Of a DNA stretch of 64,000 nt, positions 57,038 through 64,000 are shown one piece after another. Where the stretch lies: the NCBI GenBank assembly GCA_036337435.1, contig JAYZEG010000037.1, positions 32,001 to 96,000 of the forward strand. Direction: 5' to 3'. Numbering within the stretch: the stretch's first letter is position 1; each line of letters begins with the position of its first letter. Origin of the DNA: Myxococcota bacterium. Lineage in GTDB: Bacteria; Myxococcota_A; Bradymonadia; UBA7976; UBA1532. A model generated the notes under the pieces. The model was given only the letters and a program-made list of their open reading frames with translations, had not been told where the DNA came from and made no database searches. A program made the translations under genes and the position numbers.

Positions 57038-58435
57038 TTAGGGATTGAAGCAAGTCTGAATTTCAAGCGCGCAATTTGATTGCTGACACTCCACATCGGC
57101 GGGCATGCACCCCGCGTTTTCCACGCACTCAATCGCTTCTTGAAGTTGTCGGAAACCAACTGGACTCGATGCTCGAATGCAGCTATCGACACAGGCTCGT
57201 TCATCCTGTTCGCAAGTCGCCAAGCAATCATTGAGCTGAGCGCATGTGGAATTTCCCATCGGCATCGCGGGTGGGCCCAAACATGCCTCTATTTGCATCT
57301 GACAGGCCGCTTGGCGACACTCAGCATCATCCGGCGGACAGTTCGATTCATTGATACAATCGACGGCAGCGACGAAGTCATCGTAGGCCATTGGCGATGA
57401 CCGCCCAATGCAATTGTTGACACAGAGTTGATCACCCTCTGCACAGTTGCCCAGGCATGCATTCAATTCATCGCATGTCATCATTCCCATGGGTGGGGGC
57501 GCAGCCGGACCAAAGCAAACTTCAAACTCCTCTGAACAGGCCATTCGCTGACAATCCCCGTCGCCATCGGCGCATCCTGATTCCGAAACGCAAGCGACGA
57601 CGGCCCTAAATTGATTATATCCAGTCTCACTCGCGCTCCGGTAGCAGCCATCAAAACAATCGGAGTCTCCTTCGGGGCATTCAGCCAAACATCGGTTCAA
57701 TTCGGCACAATCAACCTCACCAAGCGGCCGCACAACGGAGCCATAACAGGCAGCTAAGCTGCCCTCACAAACTCTCAAAACGCAGGCGAAGTCGCTGGCC
57801 TGACAATCAGCACTCTCGACACACATTTGAACCGTTAATAATTGGTCGTACCCCCGCTGGCTCGATGACGAAATACAGGTGTCGCGACAATCGAGGTCGC
57901 GTAATTCACAGTCTGACAAACAGTCGTCGAGTTGCTGGCAAGTCAAGTCGCCCATGGGCGGAGGCGGGTCGGGTGGGGGTGGTCCAATACATGCTTGCTG
58001 TTCGTCTGCACAATTCAGCGTCATACACATCTGGTCATAATTACCGCCAGGCCGTGCACAATCGTTCGCCGATGCGCAGACAAAGATTGCATCATACAGT
58101 GCAGAAGACGCCTCGGGTGCAGCCATCCGACAAGCAAGAGAGCAATCCGGGCTGCTACACTCAGAAAGGCACTGAGCTAAATCGCGGCACCCTGAGTCGC
58201 CCATTTCGAGAGCAGCATCGACCAAATCGGAGTCAACCAGGCCCGCGTCTTGATTGGTAGACGCAGGACTCACATCAGCCATTGGCGACTGAGTATCCAA
58301 GATGATTTGCGCACCCGCATCTCTTTCGATGGGCGGTGCTGTTTGAGTTTCGTCGATCTCAGCACCAGCACAGCCAACGATAGACCCGAGCACAAGCGCG
58401 CATGCGATGTGTCGAATTCCTCGGGTCTCAAACAT
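57038..58435 (-). CDS. Cys-rich repeat lipoprotein with five ~70-aa repeats
   Basis: GGAGGT RBS before ATG 58435; lipobox IVGC; repeats CxxLxxCLxxC-x6-CxxxC... Confidence 0.82.
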   Translation of the reverse strand: MFETRGIRHIACALVLGSIVGCAGAEIDETQTAPPIERDAGAQIILDTQSPMADVSPASTNQDAGLVDSDLVDAALEMGDSGCRDLAQCLSECSSPDCSLACRMAAPEASSALYDAIFVCASANDCARPGGNYDQMCMTLNCADEQQACIGPPPPDPPPPMGDLTCQQLDDCLSDCELRDLDCRDTCISSSSQRGYDQLLTVQMCVESADCQASDFACVLRVCEGSLAACYGSVVRPLGEVDCAELNRCLAECPEGDSDCFDGCYRSASETGYNQFRAVVACVSESGCADGDGDCQRMACSEEFEVCFGPAAPPPMGMMTCDELNACLGNCAEGDQLCVNNCIGRSSPMAYDDFVAAVDCINESNCPPDDAECRQAACQMQIEACLGPPAMPMGNSTCAQLNDCLATCEQDERACVDSCIRASSPVGFRQLQEAIECVENAGCMPADVECQQSNCALEIQTCFNP

Positions 58436-58742
58436 CGAACCTCCAAAGCATAGGATTGACGGCTGTGACGTCCCCGGTCCACAGACGTACCAGTGTACCA
58501 AACCCACGTGAAAAAGACCCACCGATACTCGGCACATTCGAGCCCTCACCCGGCATAGCGGCCTGCCCGTGGGCAAATCAAGCGTGACCGAGGACGCCAG
58601 GTATTATCAAAATAGATTAAATTTCTTAAAAAAATCTGTCAGACATCGAGATAACGTCGACCGTCGTACGACAAGCATAGAAAAATGGGTCAAGTCGGTG
58701 GTAATAGGTGCGGCGGGAAGATACGGGGCTAAGGGGATTCGA

Positions 58743-61700
58743 ATGAAACGCATTGGAATTGTGAATCGCGGCGAACCAGCGATTCGTTTTCTCAACGCAC
58801 TTGATGCGCTGAGGCGAGAAGAAGAAAATGCACCTGAGTCGGTCGCACTTTATACAGATGCGGATCTAAATTCAGTCTATGTCCGGTCCGCCGACCATGG
58901 GGTCCGAATTGGTGAGGGACGATCCGCTTATCTGGATGCCGATGCCGTGATATTCGGGCTTAAAGAGACAGAGTGTGACGCAGCTTGGCTCGGTTGGGGC
59001 TTCGCATCCGAAGACGGCGAATTTTGTGCTGCTCTGGAAGCGGCTGGAATTACCTTACTGGCCCCTCGCCCTCAGGTCATGAACGACCTTGGGGATAAGA
59101 TACAAGCGAAGCAACTGGCCGAGAAATACCAAGTACCCGTGGCACCTTGGGCGATTGTAACGGACCCAGAAAAAGCGACGGATGCCGCAGTTGAGATCGG
59201 TTTCCCCCTGCTGCTAAAGGCCGCGGGGGGTGGCGGCGGACGAGGGATCCGTCTGGTCAATGAAGCCAGTGAGCTGGTCGACCAATTTGTATCTGCACGA
59301 GATGAAGCTATGCGCTCATTTAAGAGTGCTGGTGTGTTCATGGAGAAGTTCGTTAGACGTGCACGGCATATCGAAGTTCAGGTTCTCGGTGATGGGGACG
59401 GGCAGGTTAAAATTCTCGGCGTTCGAGATTGCTCGTTGCAAAGACGCCGACAAAAGGTCATCGAGGAATGTCCCGCACCAGCCTTACCAGACGCCGTCTA
59501 TACCGCCTGTACAGAAGCCGCCGAACGCCTTTGTTCTGCTGTCCATTATCGGAGTGCTGGCACAGTCGAATTCTTGTACGACCTCGATGCCAATCAGCCA
59601 TACTTTCTTGAGGTCAATACACGCCTTCAAGTTGAGCATCCCGTCACGGAAGAAGTCTTCGGAGTCGACCTAGTTCGAGCGCAAATTGAGCTCGCTCGGG
59701 GTGGGTCTCTTGATGATATTCAGATGAATCAGCGAGGGTGGGCAGTCGAGGCACGAGTGTGTGCGGAGGACGCCTATAACAACTTTATGCCAGCACCTGG
59801 GCGTCTGGTTCGGTTCGTACTGCCATCTGGCCCCGGATTACGCGTCGATACCGGCTTTAACGAAGGAGACAGCATCTCTGCAGACTTTGATCCGCTGATC
59901 GCCAAGGTCATTGCATGGGGTCCAAATCGGAACGTTGCAATCGCTCGCCTATCGAGGGCACTCGAGCAGACACGCATCGTCGTCGAAGGTGGTACGAGTA
60001 ACCTCTCTTTTCTCAGGGCACTGCTGTCCCGCGAGGATTTCCGCAACGGCGATGTCGACATTGGACTGGTTGACCGATTACGCGTTGACCCGCCCGTCGG
60101 GGCAGGCGTCGCGATGATGGCCGCTGCAATCGATCGATTTTTAGCGAAAGGTGACCGCGCGCAAGGTGCCGAACGCCACCGAGTTGATGCAGGTGAAACC
60201 TTCCATGTTTATCGCCTTGGTGCAGAGGAATTCCGCTTGCATGGGTCGGGCGGTCGCCTGAATGTGTCTTACGTTGCCGATGGACCCTACCAAAGTTGGA
60301 TTACCGTTGAATCTAGACGATATCGAGTAGAGAGAGCACCAGGTGACATCAACTATTCGGTAGACGGTGTGCCACATCGTGTAGCCGAGTCGTCCGGAGG
60401 ACTGGTGGCAGCACCCTCTGCCGCACTGGTGCTGAAGGTGCCCGTCAATGTCGGAGACATGGTGACTGCTGGAGATGTCGTAATCATCCTGGAATCCATG
60501 AAAATGGAAGTCCGGGTCGATGCACCGATCACAGGCGTCATCAGCGAAATTCTCGTCCAGAGCGGTGGCCAGGTCAAGAGTGGGCAGGCGCTCATCATGA
60601 TCGAAGCTGACGACGATGACGAAAAGGATACCCAGGGACAGACCGCAACATTACCATGGGAATCCAACGACGAAAAAATTGCTCAGGCTGGACCCCGAGT
60701 AAAATCAGCCGTCGTCGGCTGGGATTTTCAATCGCAAGAGCTCAAGACGGACATTACGTCGATCACAGCAGACGTCGCCGAGGGGATTCTACAGTCCTTT
60801 GCTGATGTCGCGGAATTATTTGAACGAAGACCGACCCGACAAAAAGATGGCGGCAGCGGTGCAACTGACGCGGTCTCACCAGATGTTTGGATGGCCACCC
60901 TGGAAGAGCGTGGTCAAAGCGGCCTGTCGAGTGAACGAAAGGCAATTCTCGAAGCGAGTGTTGCCCGCTTTGGTGTCGAAAGTCTCGAACCATCAGACGC
61001 GCGGGACGATGCGATCATGCGGCTGAAACGAGCAGGTGAAGCTTTGCCGGAGACCATACCGGCTGCCGTTATGGCCTTAAAGCAGCTGGAAGAAGCCCCC
61101 ATTCAGTTACTCGATCGTTTGACAGACTTAGATCCGTCTCGTTTCGGCCCGGTCATCGAAGCGGCAGATCGTGCTCGATATGTCTTATTCGAGCGTCTCG
61201 CGCATATTCGACTCTTGGCCCGAGCAGAACACCGCGCGCGCGCACTCTTGAGTTGGCTACGCGAAGGTGAAGCCGATTGGAATGAGGTTTTGCAAGCACC
61301 CGAGTCCCTCGTTCCCGGATTTGCACCTGAAGCGGCTCAAGGGTGTGCCATCGCAGCGGAAGCTGTTGCGCGACGACTGGAATGGCAAGATGACGCGACT
61401 GAGGTGCTTCGATTTGAACTGGGAGACAGGCCGGCATTCCGGATCATCAACGGAGAGAAGGTTGTGGTCTGTGTGACAGCACTGCCATCCGAGACCAAAG
61501 CCTTGCTGGATGCAGCGCGAGGGGAACCGTCGATGGATCGACTCGATGTCGTATTGGCCCCGGAAGCCGATGAAGACCCACACCTTATCCTCGACGGCCT
61601 GGTCAAAGACATCGAACAGGGGCCCAATGGCTTACCGAGCTGGCATGAGCTGTGTTTGGTTGCCGTCTCTGGGAATCGAACAGCCGTACGGCGGTTTTAT

Positions 61701-63944
61701 GCTGACGGCAGCGAACGGACCGATAGGCGAGATGTCACACCAAGCACCGCTCGTCGACTAGATCTGGATCGGTTATCACGTTTCGACTTCCAGCGGATGC
61801 CCAGTGACGAAGATGTGGTCCTGTTCTTGGCCAAAGCCTGGGAGAATTCCAGAGACATTCGATTCCTTGCGTATGGGGAAGTGAGGTCGCTGGAAAGGGC
61901 TCCAGGATCCCCCCTACATTTACCCCACGTAGAAAGGGTTTTTCACGCTGCTGTACGATCCATAGAGGCCGCTCGAGATCTTCATGACCCAAGGCGCCGG
62001 AATCAGTGGAATCGAATTACGTTAAGCCTGGTGCCTATCGTACCATTGGCCTTGGATGTGATGCGCGACTACATAGAACGTCTCATTCCTGCCGCCCTCG
62101 CAATCGGGCTTGAGAAGGTGGTCGTTCGGGCGCGATTCAAAGATGATGCCCATGAAAATGGCATCACACCACTCATGGATTTGTCCATAAGCCGGAGACC
62201 GGGTGGTGAACATATTGACTTTAGAATCACACCTGCATCACACCGACCACTTATGCCACTGACCGAATATGAGAGCCGAATCGTCGCGGCTCGGAGACGG
62301 GGTCTGACCCATCCGTACGAGGTTGTGGAACTTCTTGAATCGAGTCCAGACTTTCCAAGTGGCAAATTCGAGGAATACGACCTAGACGAAGGTGGTCGCT
62401 TGCGGCGAGTCGCCGATCGGCCAAGGGGCGGCAATGAGAGTGGCGTCGTATTCGGTGTCATTCGGAGTCGCTCCCACGCTTTGAATACATCGCTCACGCG
62501 GGTATTGCTGCTTTCGGATCCCACACGTCGGATGGGTGCCTTGGCAGAGCCAGAATGCAGACGTATCGTATCCGCACTCGAACTCGCTGAGCGTTTGAAC
62601 GTGCCTGTTGAATGGGTGGCGGTCAGCGCGGGCGCGCGCATCGATTGGGATAGCGGGACAGAAAATCTCGATTGGACGGCGCAGGTGCTGGCAAAGATCA
62701 TCCACTTCACTCAAACCGGGGGCGAAATCAACATTCTCGTTCCGGGCATTTGCGTCGGTGCACAGGCGTATTGGAATGCAGAAGCCACCATGATGATGCA
62801 TAACCGAGGTCTGCTGATCATGACTGACCAGGGCACGATGGTTCTCACAGGCAAACGCGCGTTGGATTTTTCCGGCTGTGTCTCCGCAGAGGATGACCTC
62901 GCACTGGGTGGCTACACGGCGATTATGGGTCCCAATGGGCAAGCACAAGCGCATGCTGTCGATTTGGGTGGCGCCTACGACTTACTCTATCGCTACTACC
63001 AGCATACCTATGTTCCACCGGGCCAAAAGCGTCCGCCGAGGATTAAGACGATGGACCCTGACGAACGGGATTTCTCGCAAATTAAATATCCAAACGATTT
63101 GGGTCACGGCTTCGAATACATTGGAGAAATTTTTTCTAAAGACCATAACCCCGACCGAAAACGTCCATTCGCGATCCGGCCCGTCATGGCCGCATTAACC
63201 GATCAAGATACGTCTCCTGTCGAGCGCTGGTCTGCCATGCATGGCGCGGAAACCTGCGTGGTTTGGGAAGCCCGCATCGGTGGATACAGTGCCATGGTTC
63301 TTGGCATCGAAAACCAACCTTTTGAACGCCTTGGGCAACGGGTCGCCGGCGGCCCAGACACATTGGCCGGTGGCACCCTCTATCCACAAGCATCAAGAAA
63401 AATTGCCCGCGCAATCAACGCGGCAAGTGGCTTTAGACCCCTGGTGGTTCTCGCCAATTTATCCGGTTTCGACGGGTCGCCTGAGTCTTTGAGGCACTGG
63501 CAACTGGAATACGGGGCTGAGATCGGACGGGCTATCACAAATTTCGACGGACCCGTCGTATTTGTGATTCTGTCCCGATATCACGGCGGCGCTTATGTTG
63601 TGTTTTCAAAGGCATTAAATCCGAAGTTAAAATCGGTTGCGTTGGAAGGCAGCTATGCATCTGTCATTGGAGGTGCCCCTGCCGCGGCCGTTGTATTTGC
63701 AGGCGATGTACGAAAACGCGCCCTCGAATTGGGTGGTGATGATGATGCAAAAAACCAAGCCACCAGCGAGTTGGCTGCTCGTTTTGACTCGATTCATTCC
63801 GTTCAAAGGGCCAAAGAGGTCGGGTCAATCGACGACATCATTCAACCGTCTCAGCTCAGGCAATACATCATCAATGTTCTGTCAGATGATGCCAATGAGA
63901 TGGGTATCGCTCAGCCGGTGACGATTCCACCAAGTGTTGTATGA
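58743..63944 (+). CDS. Single-chain biotin-dependent acyl-CoA carboxylase (BC-BCCP-central-CT)
   Basis: NRGEPAIR, KAAGGGGGRG, RDCSLQRRRQK, EVNTRLQVEHPVTE, biotinylation site ESMKM, CT motifs SAGARI and LANLSGFDG. Confidence 0.92.
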   Translation: MKRIGIVNRGEPAIRFLNALDALRREEENAPESVALYTDADLNSVYVRSADHGVRIGEGRSAYLDADAVIFGLKETECDAAWLGWGFASEDGEFCAALEAAGITLLAPRPQVMNDLGDKIQAKQLAEKYQVPVAPWAIVTDPEKATDAAVEIGFPLLLKAAGGGGGRGIRLVNEASELVDQFVSARDEAMRSFKSAGVFMEKFVRRARHIEVQVLGDGDGQVKILGVRDCSLQRRRQKVIEECPAPALPDAVYTACTEAAERLCSAVHYRSAGTVEFLYDLDANQPYFLEVNTRLQVEHPVTEEVFGVDLVRAQIELARGGSLDDIQMNQRGWAVEARVCAEDAYNNFMPAPGRLVRFVLPSGPGLRVDTGFNEGDSISADFDPLIAKVIAWGPNRNVAIARLSRALEQTRIVVEGGTSNLSFLRALLSREDFRNGDVDIGLVDRLRVDPPVGAGVAMMAAAIDRFLAKGDRAQGAERHRVDAGETFHVYRLGAEEFRLHGSGGRLNVSYVADGPYQSWITVESRRYRVERAPGDINYSVDGVPHRVAESSGGLVAAPSAALVLKVPVNVGDMVTAGDVVIILESMKMEVRVDAPITGVISEILVQSGGQVKSGQALIMIEADDDDEKDTQGQTATLPWESNDEKIAQAGPRVKSAVVGWDFQSQELKTDITSITADVAEGILQSFADVAELFERRPTRQKDGGSGATDAVSPDVWMATLEERGQSGLSSERKAILEASVARFGVESLEPSDARDDAIMRLKRAGEALPETIPAAVMALKQLEEAPIQLLDRLTDLDPSRFGPVIEAADRARYVLFERLAHIRLLARAEHRARALLSWLREGEADWNEVLQAPESLVPGFAPEAAQGCAIAAEAVARRLEWQDDATEVLRFELGDRPAFRIINGEKVVVCVTALPSETKALLDAARGEPSMDRLDVVLAPEADEDPHLILDGLVKDIEQGPNGLPSWHELCLVAVSGNRTAVRRFYADGSERTDRRDVTPSTARRLDLDRLSRFDFQRMPSDEDVVLFLAKAWENSRDIRFLAYGEVRSLERAPGSPLHLPHVERVFHAAVRSIEAARDLHDPRRRNQWNRITLSLVPIVPLALDVMRDYIERLIPAALAIGLEKVVVRARFKDDAHENGITPLMDLSISRRPGGEHIDFRITPASHRPLMPLTEYESRIVAARRRGLTHPYEVVELLESSPDFPSGKFEEYDLDEGGRLRRVADRPRGGNESGVVFGVIRSRSHALNTSLTRVLLLSDPTRRMGALAEPECRRIVSALELAERLNVPVEWVAVSAGARIDWDSGTENLDWTAQVLAKIIHFTQTGGEINILVPGICVGAQAYWNAEATMMMHNRGLLIMTDQGTMVLTGKRALDFSGCVSAEDDLALGGYTAIMGPNGQAQAHAVDLGGAYDLLYRYYQHTYVPPGQKRPPRIKTMDPDERDFSQIKYPNDLGHGFEYIGEIFSKDHNPDRKRPFAIRPVMAALTDQDTSPVERWSAMHGAETCVVWEARIGGYSAMVLGIENQPFERLGQRVAGGPDTLAGGTLYPQASRKIARAINAASGFRPLVVLANLSGFDGSPESLRHWQLEYGAEIGRAITNFDGPVVFVILSRYHGGAYVVFSKALNPKLKSVALEGSYASVIGGAPAAAVVFAGDVRKRALELGGDDDAKNQATSELAARFDSIHSVQRAKEVGSIDDIIQPSQLRQYIINVLSDDANEMGIAQPVTIPPSVV

Positions 63945-64000
63945 GCGAGTCTTTTTACTCAGCCGGTTTTAGACTCATTGGCACTCAGCCTGAGACTGCA

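Noticed and set aside
58569..58742. N-terminal extensions given by the ORF track (also at 5916, 7196, 14177, 37879, 50747, 56206, 58576)
   Set aside because: Downstream starts have better RBS, coupling or signal peptides and coincide with domain starts.
1..64000. CRISPR arrays, tRNA/rRNA, transposases, integrases, prophage or defence genes; the many short overlapping ORFs
   Set aside because: None was recognisable by eye; the repeats seen are protein-coding, and the short ORFs are shadows of longer motif-bearing genes.

Overview
Chromosomal window from a Myxococcota-like (deltaproteobacterial) genome. I found no rRNA, tRNA, CRISPR array or mobile element. From left to right it holds: a HEAT-repeat gene fragment and a PLP aminotransferase; a LolD/MacB-type ABC operon with a LolA-like carrier, an outer-membrane barrel and a lipoprotein YyaL/SPATA20 homologue; two paralogous large lipoproteins with probable BPI/LBP (TULIP)-like lipid-binding halves; a Cys-rich FGE-domain lipoprotein; a ~700 bp intergenic region with an unassigned, highly structured ~320 nt minus-strand RNA candidate; a DUF362 gene, dinB and a CAP protein; an elbBCDE-like ether-lipid cluster whose ElbD has an extra C-terminal SCP2-like domain; a type IVa pilus locus (ribF-aroE-pilBTCSR-pilin-pilA-pilG-[epimerase, flippase-like]-pilHI, no pilD); a third pilin sharing sigma54 and putative enhancer motifs with the locus; a tandem-duplicated di-haem (DUF1111-like) lipoprotein; two lipoproteins built from a 10-Cys repeat; and a single-chain BC-BCCP-CT acyl-CoA carboxylase. 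The best candidates for undescribed biology are the orphan structured RNA at ~19047-19366 and a possible lipid synthesis/trafficking system (ElbD-SCP2, TULIP-like lipoprotein pair, Lol-like exporter). All family calls come from motif recognition by eye; no database search was run.
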